A stretch of DNA of 64,000 bases. It comes from Amoebophrya sp. A120 (Eukaryota > Protista > Dinoflagellata). The stretch spans positions 9,197,865 to 9,261,864 of the forward strand of contig CAJINV010000001.1 in NCBI GenBank assembly GCA_905178155.1, given 5' to 3'. This document shows, one piece after another, positions 24,301 to 34,318 of the stretch. Below the pieces are notes generated by a model. It made no database searches and was not told the DNA's origin. It saw nothing but the letters and a program-made list of their open reading frames with translations. How positions within the stretch are numbered: position 1 is the stretch's first letter; each line of letters begins with the position of its first letter. Position numbers and translations under genes: made by a program.

Positions 24301-25505
24301 TGCCCTTGCTTGCGACTGTCGGATGTTTCTTCTGCTGCTTCCTAGTCCCCGTCCTGCTCTTCTCCTCCAACACGGCTGTGCACTGCCTATTTCGGGTAAG
24401 CTGCTCGAACAAAGCCAGTTGGGAAACCGTTGGGCAATTGCCGCGATTCATGGAAAATTTTCTCGCCGGCGGGCGAAGTGGAAGGGAGGTTTACGGGAGC
24501 ATGTTTTGGTTCTCGGAGAGCGAGATTGACAGCGGAGACGGTTCTGGTGCCGCTGCAGCCCCTGAGGCGCAAGAAGCGACAGAATCTGTTACGCAAGAAA
24601 TCGCTCTGAACACAGCGCATCCAAGAACCTGGCAACTAGATCTAGTGGATCATAGTACAACAACAGCGGCACAGGCGCCATCCCAACTTTACCCTTTCGA
24701 ACACGATGCGAATCCGATCTTGCGAATCGTCGGTCGAAAGTGCTCAGAGATGAAAACGGTGCTCGAAAGTATCGTTGGCACCTCTGCCGTGGTCCTTCAC
24801 GAAGCGCGAAACGCGCCACAGTGTGTCATGGAAATTGAGATCGACACTGTACAAAAAAAAGACGGAAAAAGCGACTCTTTACCCTCGACCGGATTATCGC
24901 AAACGCCGCAACAAGAGACCGAAGACGCAACGGCCTTGCCTCGTCCAGACGTGGACAAGGAAGTCGGCACCAAAGTCGAGAAACTTTGCAAAGACCTCTG
25001 TCAACAGACTTGGCACCACGGTCCGGCGAAGGACCCGAGCAGGTTTTACTGCTGGTGGGTAGCAATGTCTTTTTCCTCGGGAAAGAGTTCCTGCTATCTA
25101 GTCCCGAGACTGGATGCGTTCGGCGAGAAGGCTTTGGGACCAGATCACGAAAATTATGTGCGATTTGGTTTGATGCCCAGCGGTTTGGATGAAAGTGCTC
25201 TCAGCGGATACAGAAACCAGGTCATCCGGGAAATCGAAAGTAACGACGATAAAAAGACCAGCAGCACGCGTCTCTTCTATCTCAATCGTCACAACATTCC
25301 TGATGCGGAGAAGCCACTTGGTGACACCGACACGCAGCTGTACGAAGAGCCAGAAAGAGTTCCGTTGATTCGCAGCTTCCCGGTGAAGTACCTTTTCTTC
25401 CTGCTCGGACTAACGCTTATTGATTTTGTCTTTCTACATATTTTCCATGAAACCGCAGTAGGGGACGATTGTTACTTCTGGGCCAGGAAGTGGCAAAAAA
25501 ACTGA
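18324..25505 (+). CDS. P-type ATPase, type V (ATP13A-like), single uninterrupted ORF
   Basis: PGDVI, LPCDCVLL, DESSLTGE, HFLYAGT, CLDKTGT phosphorylation motif, FEFSQQKQLQSVV, KGSP, VTGDN, MCGDGGNDCGAL, EGRACL, GGRFR..FWKN. Confidence 0.92.
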   Translation: MAAPPSAALLRRPVFTVSLVSPGFAVLSFVVVSACLLTVAFILCRLVYTRKKVSARTPNVPHNSHSFPQKDFHEGILEVLDFSTKAALGSSEQHSVKVLWHKGFRNSIFAKAIVGLWVLLVLLSQAFLGLLVLVWQPNYIDDYLWLTNGFFHLQLCTKAHLQATFAAPSGTDTNGNGVGERDHDMHLGYHFLQFLETTFTPLFDNSVSFISSPQYCNPEIGETTGGFHVNNVGVVFIVVWGFSIAVLAAFFLLKNTRAAQLLQIPAFLSEADYVILEEWTFEIGGGGNASDDGSCNTAPKKILCDIATQTLKPQARRILGSANVHKGTAHGIDSFNFHCARYVYRNNLGEAIANTETAVLSGFSEPRNYPLLREMNCGDILAEYNSDYELALRSPHDEDHQPHLESGKSKQAKEEKIAFYGKNEIAIEVPKFLSFLTQEIFDGILLFQLQALWANVFFVNVQVAFVSLPIFLLFAVREAFRNMRNREQIRQVAIAETAAVSVELVEPIGTSCCQQGHGGMDHLVEQKLQRSSCRNVAAAEDTTKMQNKANTSCVVEMNKVESWNKLASTSPGDNKLASPSTNCPTDHDEEDKQDDFGFADDLGKTCNNMDLHVVEFVSSDKGVSCQQQCVDHSDVESSSHGKVFSQPNQTGPSTTVVPADQLIPGDVIAISNGLTLPCDCVLLKGYVVLDESSLTGEAMPIQKFRLDDGTSEEALYLNAVEDGRTDEEKLPGEGPAGDPRLQGRKLFEETSREDTLKEPQGKIQQEVVDMASSTGEIWPSDDGEVDKNATTVVQHDLFRDSCYSMNGSTSSEEEAISRTSSPREEMQKNEPERTNKKSESIRTAPDFPPLEITTNHEFITKWVPNPKLAKKHFLYAGTKVMQAGGSATSTSSGAANTTPQTLALVVATGSSTRKGQLIKNLFFENFTAKNYKWNTVNYSIAVAISAVLSYVYVIWGLFQTNQNWLELLIYGLFDGVKSTSRAISPFQTIGCRLGSQNSGERLKKEKNISFWNPARIPMAGKVKVQCLDKTGTMTDSDLKFHGWMTVAEVTSFSPGLPSPMSVKRRCEFGRLIDGEQIVKDDEYLPDGEHFVDSVFARKVKRIRDSVFGKALQERKRLFPWIGARNSSRGNLGQRNGKNEHTDKCTSSSDDEQLRGKSEMELSTLSLAMLTCHTLSRLEPVTTEEQIERRNNDPKTWYLQDKFAGNAVEKSLVEYCLKAHNQVTNCASFHGFQGFQEPRGTKTRTGVLFFQDHPSAEDCKSCFQQTSDTVDRRTSHRNLNLSSDTETRHQAPGYIINKPSPPASLVALYRLHAFWDYEKKSGSEAHRSDVTIATLRAFEFSQQKQLQSVVVRHESFSFSRTFVLAKGSPTMIAKACLKDSLPSDFYLKTRDLARRGYYVLAVGSRKLKNHTEDSYENVMKAKRDDLERDLTFSGLLFFKNSLRPKSSEAISHLKQGCVQPCIVTGDNLWTAQYIAEESGVFDPKKERMIVVEKDSDAQQTTSTNSLAVQLSSNSSPLSFREVLDSSTLIPKSQSEVWELMQEDETCLDSVSFGGVETAGGKLTKKEEPVQEIDDNLQRQMKRSTFAHMRSTYTSSVQLHRNSAVSIYAGCGEEQKKKVRFAVSQDAFSVLLSENCPTVLNSSTAATNKQFLLELFKRTHIFAHMTPQGKVDVIRFFIDELGVVVGMCGDGGNDCGALQAAHVGVALVEGGSDHAAKEKSTSEDTAGGGAASLISSFCALAEPSGIYSVVYIIEEGRACLHSSVACFALFVLYGLLCAFGKNLMLVEDTAHSEYVYLKMDIVVIIAVMLAMTRSRPTKNHKVEQDPNKLLLKGVGFKVFARTKLFPLLRLRTYVFAIYRWGIHCWSRIRRIEVVEIDPDDTEEEPEEYVRKVMGPLAMRTPTSNIAGVSVWWQILSLLVLHSLALVFVFYPWLPGEPWYRKPDLRSLRLAPNEFWNMSSGMLNNITFCWLLGSVLQASLVYSRGGRFRRHFWKNVPLLATVGCFFCCFLVPVLLFSSNTAVHCLFRVSCSNKASWETVGQLPRFMENFLAGGRSGREVYGSMFWFSESEIDSGDGSGAAAAPEAQEATESVTQEIALNTAHPRTWQLDLVDHSTTTAAQAPSQLYPFEHDANPILRIVGRKCSEMKTVLESIVGTSAVVLHEARNAPQCVMEIEIDTVQKKDGKSDSLPSTGLSQTPQQETEDATALPRPDVDKEVGTKVEKLCKDLCQQTWHHGPAKDPSRFYCWWVAMSFSSGKSSCYLVPRLDAFGEKALGPDHENYVRFGLMPSGLDESALSGYRNQVIREIESNDDKKTSSTRLFYLNRHNIPDAEKPLGDTDTQLYEEPERVPLIRSFPVKYLFFLLGLTLIDFVFLHIFHETAVGDDCYFWARKWQKN

Positions 25506-26061
25506 GTTGTCGCTCTACAGATGATTGATCGACTTTATGCCGCTATCCGGCAGATATTTCAAATGAATAATGCTGCAATGAACCTGGACAAATCTAATGA
25601 AGGTACGAGAAAAATCGCAGTGTTGGCAATCTTTCTTGATACACGATTACTGTTTTCTTTATCAGCAAAGACGACGACCCACGGCTTTGCCTCTGACTGT
25701 CCCTTTTTTTTGAATGTGTTTTTTCGTCAAACATATCGTGCGAGGAAAATTTATTATCGCAAGAGTGATCACGAGGGATTCACGAAAGACGAGGGTGAAT
25801 TAAGTCAGAGCGGATGCGTCATGATCTACTCTTGGAGAGAGCGGATGTGAACAACTGAGTTCATGGCGTGCTAGAGAATTCGGATGAAAAACAGGACCCA
25901 AGGTGGCGCGCCCCAAAGTACGGCGCTGAAGATAATCCTGCATAAACTTCTACATCAAAGTGACCACAAGGACCATAAGGCACTATTAGAGGTTTGTTGG
26001 CAAAAATCTAGGAATACACAACCTTTGCGCTAAGTTTGGAATTCTTTCTTTTTCTAGTCGC

Positions 26062-29000
26062 ATGCAAAGACAACAACTCAAGATGACTTGGAAACGGTTC
26101 CTCCCATCTGCCAGAGGGGAGCGCCAGGTAATCGCACCTGTGCGACTTCTTCTTCATCGTCCGCAACTATCCTGGCAAAACTTCCTTCCAGCTGCCAGTG
26201 CCACTTCGCGAAGGGTCCTTTGTTCTTCCTCTTCTTCAGTACCCTCAAAAATACATCAAGTCTCGCAAAGAACAAAACGGTTTTTCTCCGGCGAGTCGGC
26301 CATTGCCGGCGCTGGCATGGGGTGTGCAGTCGCGGATTTGGGGAATCAGCTCAAGTTTCACCATTTGCACTTATACGTGAACAGTTTAAAAAGCCTGGAA
26401 GAATACAAGGCGGTGGAGGACAAGCTGAACAACTTTGTTTCTTCAGTAGGGAACGTGGAAAAGTTCAAGAAACAAACAGCAGTTGAGAAAAACGAAGAGC
26501 TGGAACAACTTTTGCGCGCCATGTGGCGATATCAAATGCAAAAGTGTCTGGGACTGAAAGAATACAAGTTTGTCATGCTTGTCTGGCATGACTCGAGAAT
26601 CTGTGTTGCATAGGCGCGAAAAGGCCCTCTTGCCTGTCATGCAAAAACGCAGTTTGCCATGCGGAATACGTAGGACATGGCAGCCAAAAAATTTGTCATG
26701 CATAGCTGCGTATTGCGGTGCGTCTACCATTCACTTTTAGCATTACAAGTTTCCAGACCCAGACACTTTTACATTTCATAGGCGAGAGAAGTACGAGCCC
26801 AAGGCCCCGGACGCGACGAAGTACGTCCCACACGGGCAGGATATGCATTGCAAAAATGTCTGGATCTGGAAGGATGTAACTTGTGATGCTGTCTTTGGAT
26901 TCTAAAAAAATCTGTACTGCCTGGCCAGCAATAGGAGTCCAGTTTGGGCTACGCGGCGAGGCCATTTGTCATGCGGAACAGGCATCAGGCAGCCCTCTAA
27001 AAGTCTGTAATGCTGGGTCATGCATTACAGGAATCATGGGTCGTGCAAAACATGCATGACACACCTCGCAATCTTCCAGACCCAGACATATTTGCATTTC
27101 ATACAGGACGTGGTGAAGCAGATGATTATGGGCGCGGGCTGGCGCATTGCGGGGGTTCATGAGGGACCGGAGTCGACGAGCTATCATGTATTTCACAATT
27201 CTTCATCCTTGATTTTTGCCACTTCATTTCCATGCTCTGCTTGTTACCTTTCGAAATAACGCTTTGGCTTTCAAAACTTTGTATTCGTCAAAATTCACAG
27301 GTCGCTACCCACGAAAACCCGCGCGAGGGTGTTGCGGTGGTCGTTACCGCCGCGCACGAAAAGGCCTCCAGCGCCGACAGCAGCGGGACTGTGCTGGATC
27401 ACTTTCACCCGAAGAATCTCAACCAGTATTTCGAGGCCCACGGGTTCCGCCAGGGGTGCGCCGTTCTCGCGTTTCACTCGAACAGCGTCGACAAGCTAGC
27501 GGAGCGGTATAAGGAGACCCACCCGGCGCTCGTGCGCGCGGGCTTTCCGAAGAGTTACGGCAGGACGAAAATTTTGGAGGTGTACGCGTATTACCAGAAG
27601 GACAGCACGAATAAGCCGGATCTGGGCACCGTCGTGCGGTTCGTGGAAGAGGATCCGTATCGGGAAATTTTCCCGCTCCCCGGAATGCAGCCGGTGAAAT
27701 ACCAGCTGTCTGATCCGGAGGTCTGTGCCGCGTACCCGGACCACTGGGTCTCCAACGTCTTCGATCGGGAGCAGGTAACAAGAGAGTCCTCTGTGGATTT
27801 TGTCATGCACACCCGTACAAATTATGCGCTAGACTTCGTTATGCTGTAGTTCTAGTTTCTTTATGAAAAGAGTTGGAAAAAAATCAAATCCAATGTCGCA
27901 CTCGCACTCGTCCGTCACTTCAGGTCCTGAAAACCTTCGAGGACGTTTTCGGTTTCCAGCCAAAGGTGAACTTCAACGCGGGGGTAGTCGGTGCCGGCGA
28001 AGCGGTGATTGAGTCCACCGTGACTGGAAATGAGCCTAAGGTGGAGCTCAGCGACGAAAACCAGTGGTTCAAGAACCAGGACCAGATCTACCTGCCGATC
28101 AACAACGCGCTCTCCGAGCACGGACACGTCCATCTCTACCTCGAACAGGTCGGCCAGGGCGTGCAGCATTTCGCGTCAAGGGTGAAAAATCTCCCGGACT
28201 TTATCAGCCGCGCGAACCGGTTTCGGGAAGTATTGAGAGGAAAAATCCCCCCTCCCCAAATTGAAAAGGTATGTTTCCAAAAATTTGTGTTGCGGATTTG
28301 AGGTCACAAATCACATCTGTCTTGCAAGAAGACAAGGGCAGAAGCTTCCGCCCCATTATGGAAGCGATTTGCCATGCTGTCTGGCGTAAAGGGGGGCCGT
28401 TTGCCATGCTGAACTACTAGACCCATACGCCCCTACCTCCCCCCCTGGGGATCTGGCCGCAGTGCCTCTGTGCAATACAAAGCTGATTTGTGGTCACAAA
28501 TCAGCATCACAAATTTCCGTTTTGATATGGGGAGGGGGGATTTTTCATTTTGATAGGAAGTTACGGGAGAAGGCTTGGCGTTTCTGGATATTCCGAGAAG
28601 TTACTACGGTTTTCTGAGAGTAGAAGACTTCGAACAGTTCAAGTTTGACAGAGCGCAGGGGGAGAAAGTGCTCGAAGTCCTGCGAAAAGAGAACATCGTC
28701 GACGAGCACAACGTGGTGGCACTCGACATCGACAGGGAAGGTGTGGAAAGAGTGCTGAAGGAAGCGTCGGCATCATCAATAGGAGACTTTATTGCGGAGA
28801 ACCAGCACAGCGACATTGCGGACTTGGTTTGTCGCGGCAGATACCGAAATTTGTACGATATGATGCTGGACACGCTGAACGAAGAGGAATACTTGAACAT
28901 CGTGAAGAACAAAATTCTCGTGGACATCCAGGGCAAAGACATCTTGCTCCAGATTTTCTCCAAGCCCGTTCTCATGGCCGAGCCCGGCCAGCAAGCGCCG

Positions 29001-29740
29001 TTTTTCGAATTCATACAGCGGGTGTGTGACAAGGAGAAAGCGACGCTGAGCCCCGGTTGTGGCGGGTTCGGAATCAGGAACTTCTTGACCCTCTTTTTAT
29101 CGATTGAAGTTTCCAACTTCATGGATCTGTACGAAAAAGCGGTGAAGGAGAAGGATGAATTGGGAATGAAAATAGCGAAACAGGCGGTCGCGATCTTCAC
29201 GTCGCAACTGCACGCAAGTAACCCGGTGTTGACGAAAATTTCTGACGCTCTGGAGAAGCAGACACAGTGCATCAACGCTCTGCAGGAAATGGATGCGAGT
29301 AGTAAAGACTATGAGGAAAAGAAGAAGGAAATACAGTTTTGGGAGGACGAAAAGAATATCAACTGTAAAAATGTCTGGGTCTGGAAGAATTCAACTTGTC
29401 ATGCTGATTTTAGATTTAAAAAAATCTGTATTGCATGAGCAGCAAAGAGAGTCCAGGTTTTGCTACACGGAAAGAGCATTTGTCATGCGGTATAGGCATC
29501 AGGAAGTCCTCACAAAATCTGTCACGCTAGAGCATGCATCACAGACATCAGGAGTCATGCAAAATGTGCATGACAAACCTGGCAATCTTCCAGACCCAGA
29601 CATTTTTACATTTGATAAAGAACCAGATCCAGGACATCCTGAAGACCATCGGGGAAGATCACAAACAGCAGATGGCTGCATTGATGGCCACCCGGAAGAA
29701 CGGAGCAGAAGGTGGAAGCAAGGTAGGAGCCGCGGCATAA
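26062..29740 (+). CDS. HPD: 4-hydroxyphenylpyruvate dioxygenase-like protein
   Basis: Exons ~26062-26529, 26786-26841, 27109-27187, 27301-27774, 27924-28230, 28561-29356, 29623-29740. Motifs DHWVSNV, GQGVQHFA, LLQIFSKPV, FFEFIQRV, CGGFGIRNFLTLFLSIE. Start codon uncertain. Confidence 0.8.
26530..26780. mobile_element. Introner family A, 251 bp, opposite orientation to 6508/58153, TSD GGCGA
   Basis: TATCAAATGCAAAAGTGTCTGGG ... CCCAGACACTTTTACATTTCATA. GGCGA at 26525-26529 and 26781-26785. Removal gives AMWR-EKYEPK. Confidence 0.9.
26842..27103. mobile_element. Introner family A, 262-bp subfamily, TSD CAGGA
   Basis: TATGCATTGCAAAAATGTCTGGATCTGGAA ... TTCCAGACCCAGACATATTTGCATTTCATA. CAGGA at 26837-26841 and 27104-27108. 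Removal gives HGQD-VVKQM. Confidence 0.9.
28231..28555. mobile_element. Introner family B, 325 bp, TSD GGAAG
   Basis: TATTGAGAGGAAAAATCCCCCCTCCCC ... GGGGAGGGGGGATTTTTCATTTTGATA. GGAAG at 28226-28230 and 28556-28560. Removal gives NRFREV-TGEGLAFLDIP. Confidence 0.88.
29357..29617. mobile_element. Introner family A, 261 bp, TSD AAGAA
   Basis: TATCAACTGTAAAAATGTCTGGGTCTGGAA ... TTCCAGACCCAGACATTTTTACATTTGATA. AAGAA at 29352-29356 and 29618-29622. Removal gives EDEKN-QIQDILK. Confidence 0.92.
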
Positions 29741-30632
29741 GTGATGTTGGTGTAGATTCAGACCGGGTGTAGTGTCCTCTTTCTCGTCAATCTCGACGGG
29801 GCGAACTATGACGTCGAGTTCATGATTTTTTAGAACATAGACCTTTTTGTTTTTCCCATGATTTGCTTTCTTGATTTTTTGCTTAGTACCAAAATAAAGT
29901 CATGACTTTCATCTTTTTCACGCCGGTCAAGCACATTTTGCTTGGACTGTCAATATTAAGCTACTTTTTGTGCATATAAAGAACAGCTTTTCCTCTGTGG
30001 TTTTCCTTCTTTCCACTCCCACTGACCTCAATTTGTGTAAGATAGCAGGAACTCATTTTCTCGGGAGCAGATGCGCCCATAATATTTGCGGAATTTTTCA
30101 AACTCGAAGACTTCGTTGAATGCAATTACAGACCTAGTCTCAACTTTCTGCTACCACAAGAAACAGCTTGTTTGAGCAAGACCTTTCATACATTCTTATG
30201 CCCGGGACAAAACAAGCCTCGCCTTGTATACCACGAGTTTCTTGAAAATTTTTGCAGAAGACAAGCGGAGTAAGTACCACTCGACCCGCCAACGCTGCGG
30301 AAAAGCCATCGTGTGTTGCGGATCAAAACAGGAAACACCTTCGGGAAAAACCGTCGGTGCGAGGTTCGGATTGTTGATGTGCTCGTGCGGAATGTGAATA
30401 AGATAGATCGTGTTTATGCCTCTGCAAATACAAAGAAACCCCTATGAAGGAGCGTCTTACAATCGGATCACGATCATGAGATATCCAATTTACACACAGA
30501 ACTGCCTGTACTATTTCACCCTTGTTGATCCTTGTGCGTGCTCCCAAATATGTAAGTAACAAACTTTTTTCTTTTTGAGTTTAACTTTAAGTTAGCTTTC
30601 ACCTCTCCTTTACTGTACCCCAAGATAAGAAA

Positions 30633-32708
30633 ATGAGCACCGAAACCGCAGACTGCGTTCGCATCGCTGTCGTCGGTAGCGGACTGGCTGCGGTGGCTTG
30701 CGTGCGAGCGTTGTGTGAACAGGTGAAAGCAGCAAGGGCTGAAACTTCTGCAGGTGGGGTGAAGGAGATCAAAGTTTATCTCTTTACCGCACGGGGGAAA
30801 TTTACTTCGCAAATGCACGGGGCCCCGAATCAAGCCTTCTGCAAACCGGGCCAGCCGTTTTACGATTATGGGTGTCAGTACGTCAGTACCTACGACAGAA
30901 CGCCGTTTTGCAAGTTCATTGAGAAGCACTGGCGTGGGGATAAAAAGACGAACTGCGTGAAGGAGCTGGTGCCGGTTGCCTCCGGACAAACAAGCAACAG
31001 AGAGTGCTTCCCTGTGCGAAAAGCGAAAGCCGTCGTCACAACCGGGAATAATATGTCGTCGCCGCGTTTCGATTTTTCGGACCTCTGTGCAGAAAGATCA
31101 GCGTCTGTGTCTGGGAAGGAGACACCGGGGGCGCGCACTCGAGTGTTCTACTCGGAAACCGGAATGTGGAACCTGATGCTGGAGCAATTTGCAGCGCTCG
31201 AAAAGGATTTCCCGAACTTTCTCACCGTCGTGCGCGGTTTCCCGACCGAAGACCGAATGGTCAAGGGACTTGTGCAGCATAGAACTGCTACCACTACTAG
31301 CGATCGGAAGATGAGCAGCTGCAAATGGTCGCTTAAACTTGGCAAGCGCAGGCCGCAGCCGGATTTCGTGGATTCGGAGAACAAAGTCGTTCTGTTTGAC
31401 TTCGTCGTCGGAGCCTTTTCCCAACACGTCTTGTTCGAGCCGTTTTTGAAGACTGCCGAGGTTGTCACGCAGGACAAATCGGGTAGTACTTCTGCTGGTG
31501 AGCAAGGGAGAAACCCGTGTCAGAACCTTTTAGACACACTTTCGAAGTCCCGCTGCAACCAACTCTTTCCAATGCAAGTCAAGGTCACGCTAAACGTTCC
31601 GGTACCGCCCTGGCTAGGTCTGCACGTGATAGTACAAAACAGTTGCAAGATAGGTGAAGATGAGAGCCCAGCGGCAGAAAGAGCAAAGGGGTTATTTCCA
31701 ATAGCGTTTGTGGGGAATAATTCCTTCAAACAAGCACAGCAGCAAGCAGGGCCACAGGCGACTGCTACTACTGCCAGTTCGCCGTTCAAGCCGAAGTCCC
31801 GATGGAACAACAGCAAGAGGCACCGGAGTTCCTCGCACGAAGATGAAGGAAAAAATATTGACGATGGCACCAAAGAAGAAAACGACAGCAATATCGCGTA
31901 TCTCACCGTTTTATCCACTGCTGCCTACGCAGAGTATGAATTCAACCTCGGAAGCCGCCAGCAATATCGGAAAACCGGTGAGAAGACGCTGATCAAAGCT
32001 TTGGAGCAGCTCTTGCGTGATGACCACGATAATCGAGCCAAAGCACGCAACTTACCACCACGAGATCCGCCTCTAGCATCGTCAATAGCGTCGTACGAAG
32101 TCAACCGGATCTTGCACTGGGAAGACGCAGTCCCGGTGAATCGAGTGGAATCAAGTCCGGAGAATTGTTGCATCCTTGATGCAGCAAACCACATTGGCTG
32201 GTGCGGAGACATCTGTGTTGCACCGTGTGCAGAAGCGGCTTGGTGCAGCGGTATTATGATGGCCAGTAGAGTCATTGGTTCGGGTATTTTTGAAAACCCA
32301 TCGTGCAAGGATTTTGCGCAGTCGATGCAAACGGAATTGCGGCCGACGCTGGAGCGACTTTCGAGGCAAGGCGGCAGTACGGCCGACGGTGGCTCCTATT
32401 CGTCGACGGACATCGGGGTGTTTGCATTTCCGACAAACGAACTCGGAGATTGCAGCACGCACTTCTACGACTACTTGCAGGAGAAAGACCTAACGAGTGG
32501 AAGGAACAAAGGCGGGTACCAACGCTGGTTCGACCCGGAAGACGGGGGCGCAGGGAAAAAAGGGAGCGGTAAAAATGCACAGTCAAAGTCAAATCGTGCC
32601 GGTGAAGGGTCGTCTTCTTCGGGAAGAAATCATGGTAAATCAAAAGGAAAGAAGGCTAGTGGAAATGAAGCACGAGGAAGCAAGCAAGGTCAACAGATAG
32701 GAAAGTAG
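30633..32708 (+). CDS. FAD-dependent oxidoreductase, renalase-like
   Basis: N-terminal IAVVGSGLAA dinucleotide-binding motif, YDYGCQY, HW..AVP, IGWCGD..AEAAWCSG. Confidence 0.7.
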   Translation: MSTETADCVRIAVVGSGLAAVACVRALCEQVKAARAETSAGGVKEIKVYLFTARGKFTSQMHGAPNQAFCKPGQPFYDYGCQYVSTYDRTPFCKFIEKHWRGDKKTNCVKELVPVASGQTSNRECFPVRKAKAVVTTGNNMSSPRFDFSDLCAERSASVSGKETPGARTRVFYSETGMWNLMLEQFAALEKDFPNFLTVVRGFPTEDRMVKGLVQHRTATTTSDRKMSSCKWSLKLGKRRPQPDFVDSENKVVLFDFVVGAFSQHVLFEPFLKTAEVVTQDKSGSTSAGEQGRNPCQNLLDTLSKSRCNQLFPMQVKVTLNVPVPPWLGLHVIVQNSCKIGEDESPAAERAKGLFPIAFVGNNSFKQAQQQAGPQATATTASSPFKPKSRWNNSKRHRSSSHEDEGKNIDDGTKEENDSNIAYLTVLSTAAYAEYEFNLGSRQQYRKTGEKTLIKALEQLLRDDHDNRAKARNLPPRDPPLASSIASYEVNRILHWEDAVPVNRVESSPENCCILDAANHIGWCGDICVAPCAEAAWCSGIMMASRVIGSGIFENPSCKDFAQSMQTELRPTLERLSRQGGSTADGGSYSSTDIGVFAFPTNELGDCSTHFYDYLQEKDLTSGRNKGGYQRWFDPEDGGAGKKGSGKNAQSKSNRAGEGSSSSGRNHGKSKGKKASGNEARGSKQGQQIGK

Positions 32709-33265
32709 ACCAGTGTGTTAGTGAAGGATGCTCGAAAGTGATGGATCCGTTTCCGTACGGTCGCACGAGCTCTAGAAGTACAAAGATCATCTCTACTGCA
32801 CGATCAAACCGAGTTCTGTTCTTCGCACTTGATCTCTCTATTGCTGAAAGGTTTTCGCAACATTATACGCACAACGACCAGAACAAGCGCTACGACTAGT
32901 TCTTTTTTCCGCGAGCGCGAGCCGTGCTGATCTAGATGGAGAAGCCCCAGTTCTCTTTTTCCGCTTTCTTTCGAGATCGGGAGACAAGAACACTTCTGCT
33001 CGATCGAGTTCTTTTGGAACAAGTGCCACTCTTCTTGCTCCCCTTTCTCTACACTGTCTTCTCCTTTCGTTCTCTTGGCAACAACTTTCTATATCAGAAG
33101 TGTAGCAGTGAATCGAAATAATACGAGTAGGGACGAGTCCACTACAAACGAGTACTTTTTCTTTGCTAGCAAAGAGCACGACGAAGAAGTGTAAGTAAGA
33201 AGCTGTGTAAAGAGGTACTGCTTTCGACATTGCTTACTCTTAATCTTCTACCAATCACAAAAAAG

Positions 33266-34318
33266 ATGCCCGGTGCAGGGAAAAAAAATGCTGAGATCAG
33301 CAAAAAAGGCAACGTGAAAAAGTTGCCCGCAATGAAGAAAGCGGCAGTTCCCAAGGCGAAGGCAAAGGCTGCTGCAAACGTGGGTAAGAAGAAGGGCGGT
33401 ACTGCCGTGAAGAAGAAGCCTGCGGCACCCAAGGCGAAGACGAAGTCTGCTGCAGATGTGGGGAAGAAGAAGGGTGGTACTGCCATGAAGAAGAAATCTG
33501 CGGCGCCGGAAGCTAAGGCGAAGCCCGCGGCAGACGCGGGGGAAAAGAAGGGTGGTACTGCCATGAAGAAGAGATCTGCGGCACCGGAAGCTGAGGCGAA
33601 GTCTGCTGCAGACGCGGGGAAGAAAAAGGGCGGCACTGCCATGAAGAAGAAATCTGCGGCGTCGGAGGCTAAATCGGACACCGCTGCAGGCGTGGCGAAG
33701 ATGGAGGACTGCACTACCGGTGCTTCCGCCGAGAAAGACGCGAAACAAGGTGAAGCGGAAAAGTATAAATACGTTGTTTATCTTGCTGACATTTATGAGG
33801 CTGAGGAGCGTAGTACGTCCGATAACGAGGAGGAAGAAAATTCGGACCGATCGGAGTATAGGGCTGGACATGGTTACACTGAAGTGCCCGAAAATGACGT
33901 ATCGGTGATGAAAATTGATTCCGACGACTGCGGCACCCTAGCGTTTTGGGCCGCTATCGACAGCCATTGTGATGACCTGAAGGAAGAAATGCGGCAGAAA
34001 TGTGCGTACCACGACGAAGAGGCGCATGACGTGTGTGATGTGGAGGACAACCGTTCGTACTGGATGAGCAACGTTATCGCGAAGGGTCACTCGTACAATA
34101 AGTCGAAAATCTTCGGGGAATCTTCGGAAGTATCGAAGGATGAGTGGGATCGCGGAGTCCCGAAAGGCGCCACGCTGCTGTTCAAAATTCGCGCTGATTG
34201 GACTTATCTAGACTGGGAGTGGGACTGCGATGAAGAGCCATTGCGTAGACAGCAGAATGCGGTGTGGGTGAAGCGCATGAAAATAACCGAAGACGAGAAT
34301 GTTTACGAGAAAATCTGA
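33266..34318 (+). CDS. K/A/P-rich (H1-tail-like) repeat protein with acidic C-terminal domain, paralog 1
   Basis: ATG 33266. ~26-aa repeats GKKKGGTA(M/V)KKK.AAP.AKAK.AAD. Acidic domain KYKYVVYL..AFWAAID..RSYW..WDRGVP..AVWVKRM. Confidence 0.8.
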   Translation: MPGAGKKNAEISKKGNVKKLPAMKKAAVPKAKAKAAANVGKKKGGTAVKKKPAAPKAKTKSAADVGKKKGGTAMKKKSAAPEAKAKPAADAGEKKGGTAMKKRSAAPEAEAKSAADAGKKKGGTAMKKKSAASEAKSDTAAGVAKMEDCTTGASAEKDAKQGEAEKYKYVVYLADIYEAEERSTSDNEEEENSDRSEYRAGHGYTEVPENDVSVMKIDSDDCGTLAFWAAIDSHCDDLKEEMRQKCAYHDEEAHDVCDVEDNRSYWMSNVIAKGHSYNKSKIFGESSEVSKDEWDRGVPKGATLLFKIRADWTYLDWEWDCDEEPLRRQQNAVWVKRMKITEDENVYEKI

